Source: Clostridiales bacterium (lineage in GTDB: Bacteria; Bacillota; Clostridia; Christensenellales; CAG-138). From it: a DNA stretch of 64,000 nucleotides. The number at the start of each line of letters is the position of its first letter. The first letter of the stretch is position 1. The notes beneath the pieces are model-generated. The model did not search any database. It was not told the origin of the DNA and saw only the letters and a program-made list of their open reading frames with translations. Below are positions 28,154 to 36,921 of the stretch, piece after piece. The translations under genes were made by a program, and so were the position numbers. The DNA lies in assembly GCA_015056105.1 (NCBI GenBank), contig SVGX01000003.1:128-64127 (forward strand). The letters are read 5' to 3'.

Positions 28154-30010
28154 ATGAAAAAGAGGATCGCAATCCTTCTGTGCCTCGCACTGCTCGTAAG
28201 TGTTTTTGCAGGCTGCAACACGCAGACCCGTGAAGAAGCACAGAACCCTGTTACCAGCACTGCTCCCGAAAGCTCCGGCAGCAGCTCCGGCACCGCCGCC
28301 GAGCCCGCTCCTGCCCGTGAACCCGTTGAGCTGTCCCTTGTTACCCTTGCCTCTGACGAGAAGGTCGCCAACGTTATCCGCGACCAGCTCAAAAAGGCCG
28401 GCTTTGACGTGACCGTCAACGTCTTCCCGGACAGCGGTACCTTCAACGCTGCCGTTGAGACCGGTGAGCATGACCTTTCCATCTCCAGCCACTCCGGTTC
28501 CGGTTCCCCCGACGCCAACGTCCGCGGACCCTTCCACAGCGAAGGCGCCTGGAACCGCTACGGCTATAAGGATGCCGAGATCGACGCTTTGATCGATGAA
28601 GCTTCCGCTGCTGACGGTGAGCCTTCCCTTGATGCTTACAAGCGCTTCGAGATCGCCATGGTGGAAGAGAAGGCGTACATCACGCCTCTCTACAGCGCTC
28701 TTAAGACCTTCGCCGTCAACAAGAACGTTGTGGATGCGGATTCCATCGAGGCTTCCGTCGGCGGTGCCCGCTGGGTATGGAGCACCAAGTATGCCGATAT
28801 GTCCCAGGCTGAGACCCGCCATTACAAGATGGGTATCAACTGGGCCGGCCCCAACAGCTTTGACTGCTGCCAGGGCAGCAACGGTACCACCTATTATCAG
28901 CGTACCAACATCAACGTTCCCCTCATTCAGGTCGCCCAGGGCGGCGTTGTGACCACCCGCGGCTCCCTCACCAGGGCTTACACCGTCGGTGAAGGCAGCC
29001 AGGACCTCTATTTCGCTCTTCGTACCGATGTTAACTTCGGCGCCATGCAGAACGGCGAAGCCATCGACACCGGCCTGCCGGTAGCCGCTGAAGACGTGAA
29101 GTACACCTACGAGCGCGCCATGGACGGCTCCGTTCCCAACGGCGTCGGCGCCAGCTACCTTTCCTATGTTGATACCGTGAACATCGTTTCCGATATCGAG
29201 CAGCTGAAGTCCGCCAAGGCTTCCGACGGTTCCACCAGCGTTCTCGATGCCCTCAACGCGGGCCTCAAGACCCCCATCAGCAGCATCGCCGCGGATAAGT
29301 ATGCCGCCGATGAAGATGCCGGTGTTTACGAAGTTCTCCATATCCACCTGAAGTCCCAGTATCCGCAGCAGCTCCAGACCCTGTCCTCCGGCCAGATCTC
29401 CATCGTCTGCAAGCAGCAGATCGAAAAGATCAACGAAGGCATCACCGCTGAGAACTATGACCCCAACACCCATGTGCTCTACGGCGATCCTTCCACCCTG
29501 AAGGAAGGCGAAGACAGCGGCATGTACTTCTCCGGCCCCTATGTGCTCAGCCATGTTGACGATTACGGCTCCTACCTGGTCCGTAACCCCGGCTGGAACC
29601 CCGAGTCCGAAGATGCCGGCCAGATCAAGTACATCGACATGCTTGCCATTGCCGACAACAGCACCCAGACCGCTGCGTTCCGCAACGGCGAGCTTGACGA
29701 AGCAATGCCCGGCGGCGAAAACATCGCCCTCTGCGAAGCGGATGAGAACATCAACATGCTCAAGCGTCCCTCCGTTGGCGTATACTTCCTTGCCAACCTG
29801 CAGCTTGGCAACAGCAAGATGGTGGATGAGAACCTCCGCAAGGCCGTTCTCTACGCCGTCAACACCGATGAGATTCTCGCCGTTCTCGGCACCGAAAACT
29901 ATGTGCCTGCCGGCTCCACCCTCATCATGCTCAACACCGGCTTCCGCGTGATGGCCGATGCCGCCAAGAGCGCAGAATACCTGAACGCCTACTATGAGAG
30001 CCAGGAGTAA
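28154..30010 (+). CDS. peptide ABC transporter substrate-binding lipoprotein (family 5)
   Basis: Lipobox LLVSVFAGC, an S/A/P-rich linker, and a 600-aa SBP_bac_5-like body. Last gene of the operon. Confidence 0.8.
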   Translation: MKKRIAILLCLALLVSVFAGCNTQTREEAQNPVTSTAPESSGSSSGTAAEPAPAREPVELSLVTLASDEKVANVIRDQLKKAGFDVTVNVFPDSGTFNAAVETGEHDLSISSHSGSGSPDANVRGPFHSEGAWNRYGYKDAEIDALIDEASAADGEPSLDAYKRFEIAMVEEKAYITPLYSALKTFAVNKNVVDADSIEASVGGARWVWSTKYADMSQAETRHYKMGINWAGPNSFDCCQGSNGTTYYQRTNINVPLIQVAQGGVVTTRGSLTRAYTVGEGSQDLYFALRTDVNFGAMQNGEAIDTGLPVAAEDVKYTYERAMDGSVPNGVGASYLSYVDTVNIVSDIEQLKSAKASDGSTSVLDALNAGLKTPISSIAADKYAADEDAGVYEVLHIHLKSQYPQQLQTLSSGQISIVCKQQIEKINEGITAENYDPNTHVLYGDPSTLKEGEDSGMYFSGPYVLSHVDDYGSYLVRNPGWNPESEDAGQIKYIDMLAIADNSTQTAAFRNGELDEAMPGGENIALCEADENINMLKRPSVGVYFLANLQLGNSKMVDENLRKAVLYAVNTDEILAVLGTENYVPAGSTLIMLNTGFRVMADAAKSAEYLNAYYESQE

Positions 30011-30050
30011 GAATACTTTGTTCTCCGAATGATGGGGATGCATCATCCCC

Positions 30051-30086
30051 TGCACAGACGCCCCTTCGGGGCGTTTGTGCATTTTT
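30051..30086 (+). terminator. rho-independent terminator of the peptide transport operon
   Basis: tgcacagacgcccc-ttcg-gggcgtttgtgca followed by TTTTT. Confidence 0.8.
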
Positions 30087-30174
30087 GGGGGAAAACGGGA
30101 GCGGACTGCGCCTTGCGTCTGCCGCGCCGGGGTGTTATGCTAAAGCCGGACGCATAATAAGGAGCATTATCCCA

Positions 30175-31506
30175 ATGAACGATTTTTCCCAGGGTTCGAT
30201 CAAACGGTGTATCATATCCCAGACGATCCCGCTGACGGTGGCGCAGGTGGTGCACCTTCTTTATAACGTGGTGGACCGCATCTATATCGGGCATCTGCCG
30301 GAAATAGGCGAACTGGCGCTGACGGGTGTTGGCGTCACATTCCCCATTACGGTGCTTATTGCCGCCTTTACGGGGCTTTTTGGCAATGGCGCCATCCCCA
30401 TCTTTTCCATCCTGCGCGGCAAAAAGCAGGAGGCTGCGGCGCAGGAGATCATGGGCAATGCCTTTGTGCTGCTGCTTCTTGCATCCGTTGGGCTGTTCGG
30501 CTTCTGCTTTGCGCTGAGAAGGCCCATTCTCTTCCTGTTCGGCGCCAGCGAAGCATCCTGCTTTTACGCAAACCAGTATCTTGAAATATACCTCTTCGGC
30601 ACCGCCTTTACCATGCTCGCCACGGGCATGAACGGCTTTGTGAACGCACAGGGCTTCCCCAAAGTGGGCATGGTGACGATGATGCTCGGCGCGGCGCTGA
30701 ACATCCTTCTCGATCCGCTTTTCATCTATGTCTTTCATATGGGCGTCCGGGGCGCGGCCATCGCCACGGTCATCAGCCAGGCGGTCTCTGCCGCATGGGT
30801 GCTCGCCTTCCTGTTCGGAAAAAAACCGTCCCTCCGGCTCAAAAAAAGCTGCTTCCGTCTGCGGGCAGCCAATGTGAAGGAGATCACCGCCATGGGCGCC
30901 ACTTCCTTTGTGATGCAGGGCTCCAACTGCCTTGTGCAGGTAACTTGCAACAACATGCTGCAATCCTTCGGCGGCGACCTCTATGTGGGGATCATGACGA
31001 TCCTCAATTCCGTCCGCGAGGTGGTGATGCTGCCCGTCAGCGGCGTTTCAAGCGGCGCGCAGCCCGTGCTGGGCTTCAACTACGGCGCCGGCGAAAACGA
31101 AAGGCTGAAGGAAGGTGTCCGGTTCATGACGCTCATTCAGGGCACCTATACGCTTTTTGCCTGGCTTCTTATTATGCTGATCCCGAAAGCGATGTTCCGC
31201 ATCTTTACCACAGATCCGGAGACTGTTGCTGTGGGCGCAAAGATGCTTAACATTTACTTCTTTGGCTTTGTATTCATGACATTTCAGTTTGCGGGGCAGA
31301 CCACCTTTCAGGCCCTCGGCAGGAAAAAGAAGGCGATATTCTTTTCCATGCTCCGCAAGGTGATCATCGTGGTGCCGCTGACGCTGCTGCTTCCGCATTT
31401 CGGCCTTGGGGTCAGGGGCGTATTTCTGGCGGAACCCATCTCCAACGCCGTGGGCGGTACGCTTTGCTTTGTGACCATGTATCTGACAGAATACCGAAAA
31501 CTGTAG
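30175..31506 (+). CDS. MATE family efflux transporter
   Basis: MNDFSQGSIKRCIISQTIPLTVAQVVHLLYNVVDRIYIGH... with 12 TM helices. Start trimmed to the ATG at 30175. Confidence 0.85.
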   Translation: MNDFSQGSIKRCIISQTIPLTVAQVVHLLYNVVDRIYIGHLPEIGELALTGVGVTFPITVLIAAFTGLFGNGAIPIFSILRGKKQEAAAQEIMGNAFVLLLLASVGLFGFCFALRRPILFLFGASEASCFYANQYLEIYLFGTAFTMLATGMNGFVNAQGFPKVGMVTMMLGAALNILLDPLFIYVFHMGVRGAAIATVISQAVSAAWVLAFLFGKKPSLRLKKSCFRLRAANVKEITAMGATSFVMQGSNCLVQVTCNNMLQSFGGDLYVGIMTILNSVREVVMLPVSGVSSGAQPVLGFNYGAGENERLKEGVRFMTLIQGTYTLFAWLLIMLIPKAMFRIFTTDPETVAVGAKMLNIYFFGFVFMTFQFAGQTTFQALGRKKKAIFFSMLRKVIIVVPLTLLLPHFGLGVRGVFLAEPISNAVGGTLCFVTMYLTEYRKL

Positions 31507-31518
31507 GGGGAAACAAAC

Positions 31519-32163
31519 ATGAAACTTCTTTTGACCGCCTTTGACCCCTTCGGCGGGGCGGATGTGAACCCGGCGGAACGGGCGGTATCCCTTGTCGCCG
31601 AAAAGGTGGGCGCTGTGTCGGTAACAAAGCTCACCGTACCCACCGTGTTTTACAGGAGCATCGAGACCGTTGCTGCCGCCATTGTGCGGGAAAAGCCGGA
31701 TGCGGTGCTTTGCATCGGGCAGGCAGGGGGCTGTGCCGGCCTTGCGGTGGAACGCGTGGGCATCAACATCGACGACGCCCGCATCCCGGATAATGCCGGT
31801 GCGCAGCCCGTCGACAGGCCCATCTTCCCGGATGGTGAAAACGCCTATTTCGCTACGCTGCCCATCAAAGCCATGGTGAAAAATATCCGCGCGGCGGGGC
31901 TTCCCGCCACCGTTTCCAACAGCGCGGGCACGTTTGTCTGCAACCACCTGCTTTACGGCCTTCTTTATACCCTTGCAAAAAACAGTTCCCATATCCGGGG
32001 CGGCTTTATCCATGTGCCGTACCTGCCGGAGCAGGCTGCCGCCCTTTCATCGCCCGCATCGTCCATGAGCGCTGCCGATATCGCCCGGGGCATCGAAGCC
32101 GCCATCGCCGCCATTGGGGAATGCGAAAAGGATATTGCAGCGGCGGAAGGCGCATTGCATTGA
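31519..32163 (+). CDS. pcp: pyroglutamyl-peptidase I
   Basis: MKLLLTAFDPFGG...NPAE...SNSAGTFVCNHLLY (catalytic Cys) ...FIHVP. Confidence 0.9.
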   Translation: MKLLLTAFDPFGGADVNPAERAVSLVAEKVGAVSVTKLTVPTVFYRSIETVAAAIVREKPDAVLCIGQAGGCAGLAVERVGINIDDARIPDNAGAQPVDRPIFPDGENAYFATLPIKAMVKNIRAAGLPATVSNSAGTFVCNHLLYGLLYTLAKNSSHIRGGFIHVPYLPEQAAALSSPASSMSAADIARGIEAAIAAIGECEKDIAAAEGALH

Positions 32164-32236
32164 TCCCGCAAAAATTCCCCCTTGACCATGACGCTGCGTT
32201 ATGGTTTACAGTGGTATCACCGGGGAGGGATGATAC

Positions 32237-32974
32237 ATGATGACGGTACACGAGGTCAGCGAACTGACGGGGGTCAGCATCCGTACGCTGCGGTATTACG
32301 ACAAGATCGGCCTTCTGCACCCATCGGGGCGCACGGAAGCGGGCTACCGCCTTTACGGCGGGAGGGATCTTCAAAGGCTGCAGCGGATATTGCTCTTTCG
32401 CGCGGTGGAATTTCCGCTTAGGGAGATCAAAGCCATCATGGAAGATCCGGATTTTGACCGCACCGCTGTCCTTGAACAGCAGATCGAGCTTTTGACCCTT
32501 GAGAAGGAGCACATCGAAAATCTGATCTCCCTTGCCCGGGGGATCAAACTGTTGGGGGAGAATTATATGAACTTTACCGCATTCGACAGGAAGAAACTGG
32601 ACGATTACGCCAGAGAAGCAAAGGCTGCCTGGGGCAACACCGCCGCCCATAAAGAGTTTGAAGAAAAGAAGAAGGGCAGGTCGGAAGAAAAGGAGCAGGC
32701 CCTCGGCGCGGAGCTGATGGCGATCTTTGCGGAGCTGGGGCGGATCCGCCACAGTGATCCTGCCGCCGAAGAGGCGCAGCGCCTTGTAAAGAAGCTGCAG
32801 GATTTCATCGGCGAACACTATTATACCTGTACGGATACCATCCTGCTGGGCCTTGGAAAAATGTACGCTGCCGGCGGTGAATTCACGGAAAACATCGACC
32901 GCTGCTGCGGTGAAGGCACCGCGGTTTTTGTCTGCAGGGCCATTGAGGCAAAATGTGCCGCAAAAGGAAAATGA
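32237..32974 (+). CDS. MerR family regulator with TipAS-like C-terminal domain
   Basis: VHEVSELTGVSIRTLRYYDKIGLL HTH and a C-terminal TipAS-type helical domain (HKEFEEK...HYYTCTDTILLGLGKMY). Confidence 0.85.
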   Translation: MMTVHEVSELTGVSIRTLRYYDKIGLLHPSGRTEAGYRLYGGRDLQRLQRILLFRAVEFPLREIKAIMEDPDFDRTAVLEQQIELLTLEKEHIENLISLARGIKLLGENYMNFTAFDRKKLDDYAREAKAAWGNTAAHKEFEEKKKGRSEEKEQALGAELMAIFAELGRIRHSDPAAEEAQRLVKKLQDFIGEHYYTCTDTILLGLGKMYAAGGEFTENIDRCCGEGTAVFVCRAIEAKCAAKGK

Positions 32975-32990
32975 CCGGCGAAAAGCCCGA

Positions 32991-33022
32991 TAAAAAAGAC
33001 CCCAGAGGTCTTTTTTTTGTTT
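32991..33022 (+). terminator. rho-independent terminator
   Basis: aaaaaagacc-ccaga-ggtctttttt followed by a T-run. Confidence 0.75.
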
Positions 33023-33353
33023 TGGTCAATCCCGGGTTTCAAGCCGTTTTCCGTTGTTTGCATCCGCGGCGGTCAGGGCCCTGCCGTTGCCGGCGGCCGC
33101 GGTTCCGTGAAATCAGCCGCTTTGGTTTTTTGATATTACGAAGGCATTGATACCGTTCCGCAAAGGACCGCAAAATATATCACGCCGGATTTTTACCAGA
33201 TATGCATAAACAAGACAGCGGCGGCATATATTTGAAACAGTGCTGCCGCACAAATCGCAGCATCCGTTTGCCGCGGTGTGAACACCGTTCAAAACCCCGG
33301 CCTGCGGGGGAAAACCATAACATCGTCTTAACACTTTGCGGGAGGATAAAATC

Positions 33354-35498
33354 ATGGTAAAAACGCTCCGAAAGATCTTTGCAGCCGTAACGGTACTTTG
33401 CCTGAGCATCGCGGCTCTGCCGATCCCGGCTTTGGCTGCCGGGGACAGCCTTGCAACGACTGCCGCTGCCACGACCAGCACCGTGACCGATGAGGATGGC
33501 AATACCGTTGTGACCGTGACCGTTGAAAAGATAACCCATGGCACAACTGCCGAAGGTGTAACCGTGGAGAGGAAGGAAACCCACTCCGATATCACGAAAA
33601 CCGATCCCGACGGCAATGTGCTGGGCACAGGCTGTATGGATGAGGGTGTGGAGCACAGGAAATGGGATGAAGCGGTGAAGCCCGGCGAAGAGATGCGCGA
33701 AGTGAACGTGGAACTCAAGCCGGGAGAGATCACTGCGGGCTCCGCAGAGGAGACTGTCATCGGTGTCACGGGCGATGAACAGCAGGGCCCGGATGATAAA
33801 GACTATGACTTCACCACCACCGCCGCCACGGTCGATCGCACTGTTACGGCAGAGACCGCGGAGGCAGACATCACCGTGGATAAAGTCACTACAGATCTTG
33901 AGTCCGTTGCGGCGGATGATTATGAGGGAAAGGATCCCAATGTAATGGGCCCTGCCCTGAACTTTGTGGCGGGCACGGCCGATACCGTTCCCAAGCCTGA
34001 GGAGGAAGGCTACGACTACCAGCTCGTAGGCTTTGGCGATGCAACCAATGAGCTTAAGGTGCTGCGCGATTATATTACTTACAAGAAGGTCGACGGCAAG
34101 CCGGTGACCGATGCGGACGGCAACTTCATCATTGAGAAAATCGAAACGAAAGTGGATAATACGCCGATGCAGATCGCCCTTCGCAAGGATGAAAACGGAG
34201 AATATGCGTATTTCTTCGGATACTGTATCGATTCGGATACCGAAACCAAGGATGGCGCATGGTATAAAGTCTCCAATCTGGAGGACAATGATTATTACCC
34301 GGATCCGGATTCCGCTGCCAAGCTTCGCACCATTGTGTCCAACGGCTACTGGGGCACAGAAAACGGCATGGGTTCCATTGCGCAAATCAAGATGTTGATG
34401 AAAGAAGCCTGCGGTCCGGATGCTGTTATTACGGTTGAAACGGATGACAAGGGCGGTAAAGCTACCTATAAAATTGCGGATATTATCGACGGCTTGACCG
34501 AATCGGAAGCGCTGGCCGCCACGCAGGCTGCCATCTGGTGTTTTGCCAACGGCGATTCAAACACAAGGGATGGCAAAGATGGTTTCATTGCCCATGGCCC
34601 CGTCAATGTATATAAACCCAATCCGAACAGAAACGCCTATGCGCGGGAATATGTACCGGAAAGCGATGCCAGGGCAATGGCCGTGTTCAACTGGCTGCGC
34701 AGCCTTGATCCCGTTGCCGACACCGCAGAAGATATTGCCACCGTTATTAATGAGAAAAATGCTGTGGACAATATGTCGCTGACCGTGCACGACAAAGCGG
34801 AGGATCATGCCTGCAATATGGATGACAATGCCGATAACGATGTTTACAATGCCGATCTGAATTTTACACTGGCGTTTGTGCCGGATCCGGAAAAGGATGA
34901 TCTGCTGGTGTATCTGCTGGATAAGGATGGCAATCCCATCAATGATATGGATGGCGATCCTGTCATCAGGCGCCTTGCAGGCAGGAATTCCGAGGGCAGA
35001 ACCGCCGATTCCATCGAGCCCGATGAAAACGGCGTTTACACCCTGACGGATCTGCAGCTGAGCGAGAATGCAGATCTCAAATTTGATCTGCGCCTTGAAG
35101 GTACCCAGTACCTGAAGGAAGGCGTTTATATCTATACCGCACACGGCGGCAGCGACAAGTCCCAGTCCATCGTCGGCATAGCGCAAGGCACGCAAACGGT
35201 GGATATTTCCTTCGGCATGACCGTAAAGTTCGAGGTGGATGAAACCAGGCATGTTGTTGCGGAACGCGTTTGGCATACCGAAAGCGACCTTGGGAGCGAA
35301 ACGCCCGGGCCCGATGAAGCACCACCCGCACCCCCGGAGGAAGAACCTTCCCGCCTCGGTGAGACAGACAAAGAAGTGTATCTGGCAGATCCCGCAAAGA
35401 CCGGCGATGCGTCCTTTGTGTTTCTGGGCATGGCGGCTGCCGGTGCGGTAGGGCTGGCGGTCACCTGCATCCCGGGCCGCAAAGCGAAGGAAAACTGA
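33354..35498 (+). CDS. Cys-Gln thioester-domain (TED) surface adhesin with sortase sorting signal
   Basis: Signal peptide MVKTLRKIFAAVTVLCLSIAALPIPALA. GYCIDSD (thioester Cys context) and TQAAIWCF (TQxA[IV]W Gln motif). The C-terminus is PAKTGD plus hydrophobic FVFLGMAAAGAVGLAV plus RKAKEN. Confidence 0.8.
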   Translation: MVKTLRKIFAAVTVLCLSIAALPIPALAAGDSLATTAAATTSTVTDEDGNTVVTVTVEKITHGTTAEGVTVERKETHSDITKTDPDGNVLGTGCMDEGVEHRKWDEAVKPGEEMREVNVELKPGEITAGSAEETVIGVTGDEQQGPDDKDYDFTTTAATVDRTVTAETAEADITVDKVTTDLESVAADDYEGKDPNVMGPALNFVAGTADTVPKPEEEGYDYQLVGFGDATNELKVLRDYITYKKVDGKPVTDADGNFIIEKIETKVDNTPMQIALRKDENGEYAYFFGYCIDSDTETKDGAWYKVSNLEDNDYYPDPDSAAKLRTIVSNGYWGTENGMGSIAQIKMLMKEACGPDAVITVETDDKGGKATYKIADIIDGLTESEALAATQAAIWCFANGDSNTRDGKDGFIAHGPVNVYKPNPNRNAYAREYVPESDARAMAVFNWLRSLDPVADTAEDIATVINEKNAVDNMSLTVHDKAEDHACNMDDNADNDVYNADLNFTLAFVPDPEKDDLLVYLLDKDGNPINDMDGDPVIRRLAGRNSEGRTADSIEPDENGVYTLTDLQLSENADLKFDLRLEGTQYLKEGVYIYTAHGGSDKSQSIVGIAQGTQTVDISFGMTVKFEVDETRHVVAERVWHTESDLGSETPGPDEAPPAPPEEEPSRLGETDKEVYLADPAKTGDASFVFLGMAAAGAVGLAVTCIPGRKAKEN

Positions 35499-35663
35499 AA
35501 AACCGCGTGAAAAGGGATCATTTTAAGAGGATTGCGTTTTTCGCAGTCCTCTGCTCCGTTGGGAAACATGGAGCGTGACGGAATATGCCGCATCAAAAGC
35601 GTTCGGGATACCGCGTACAAGCGGCAGCGCCGCTGCGCGGGGCTATGCGGTTTTCGGGAGGTT

Positions 35664-36506
35664 ATGAATGGAAACATGATTCGAAAGATAATGATTGCTG
35701 TGTTCGGTTTGATGCTGGCAGTGAGCCTTACCCGGTTAGCGGCAATAGAAAGGCAGGAAAATGTGAGCAGCAGGGATTATGCGGAGGCGGTACGGCTTGT
35801 GCAGGCCCCGTCCCCCACTGTACCGGCACATTTGCCGGCGTCTGCGGCCGTGCCCGGCAGGACGGCCGGCCCGGAGCCCGGGCCAGCCGTGGCCGATGAT
35901 GCTGCCGATCCCGAGATCCATGCGCTGCAGCTTATGGATATTGAGGCGCTGCGGGAGGTAAACCGGGATGTGATGGGCTGGATCCGTATCCCCGATACGG
36001 ATATCAACTATCCTTTGCTTCGCGGGGAGGACAATGCACATTATCTCAAATATAACTGGAAGAATAAACCCAGCGCCGCCGGCGCCATCTTTATGGAGCA
36101 TGAAAATGCGGCGGATTTCAGTGATTTCAACACCATCATTTACGGCCATAATATGCGCAGCGGATCCATGTTCGGCGGCCTCAAAGCGTATCGCAGCCGA
36201 TCTTACTGGGAGGCACATCCGTCGATTTATATTCGCCATGACCATGGCGTTTGGCGTTATGATATCTTTGCTGCCCACAGGGTCCGGGTGGGAACGATCA
36301 CATACGCCATGCAAATCAAAGAATCCGATCAGCGGGAGGAATTCATTCGCTTTGCGTTGGATCATTCCGAAATCGATACGGGGATCGAGCCTGCTGCCGG
36401 GGATCACATTCTGACATTGTCGACCTGTACCGGCGATTACAGCACCCGATGGGTCGTACAGGGTGTGCTCAATGAAGCGCAGTCTTATGACGGGGAAACA
36501 CCTTAA
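35664..36506 (+). CDS. srtB: class B sortase
   Basis: TM anchor, NRDVMGWIRIPDTDINYPLLRGEDNAHYL, IYGHNMRSGSMF and TLSTC catalytic Cys motifs. Start at the ATG at 35664 after GGGAGG. Confidence 0.85.
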   Translation: MNGNMIRKIMIAVFGLMLAVSLTRLAAIERQENVSSRDYAEAVRLVQAPSPTVPAHLPASAAVPGRTAGPEPGPAVADDAADPEIHALQLMDIEALREVNRDVMGWIRIPDTDINYPLLRGEDNAHYLKYNWKNKPSAAGAIFMEHENAADFSDFNTIIYGHNMRSGSMFGGLKAYRSRSYWEAHPSIYIRHDHGVWRYDIFAAHRVRVGTITYAMQIKESDQREEFIRFALDHSEIDTGIEPAAGDHILTLSTCTGDYSTRWVVQGVLNEAQSYDGETP

Positions 36507-36921
36507 ATACGGTGGGATGGCAGGATACGGCTTCTGCGCCTGCAAAAGCCGTTCGCCGGTCATGCTGCGCCCGCGGTCGGTTCTCTGATCGTCCCCGCGG
36601 CACCTGAGAATGCACGCTGCACACGCGGTGATGCGGCGATCTTCGCTCTGCTTTTCTCCGTTTTGTGTGTGAAGAGCTGAATAAAAAATGAATAACAAAA
36701 TGAAACGATATTGCCCGCAGCAAAACGCTGCGGGCATATTGTCGTAAAAACGGGACTCTTTTGCACGTTTTGTCCCGCGGTACTTGCTTTCGGCACGAGC
36801 GCTGTAGTATGATGCAAAAGGGGATTTCTGCCGAAAATATGCTGCCCTTGGCGGCTTTTGCCCGGGGAACATCCTCTTGTATTTCGGAATATCATCATCT
36901 TTTTTTAAGGAACAGATCTCT

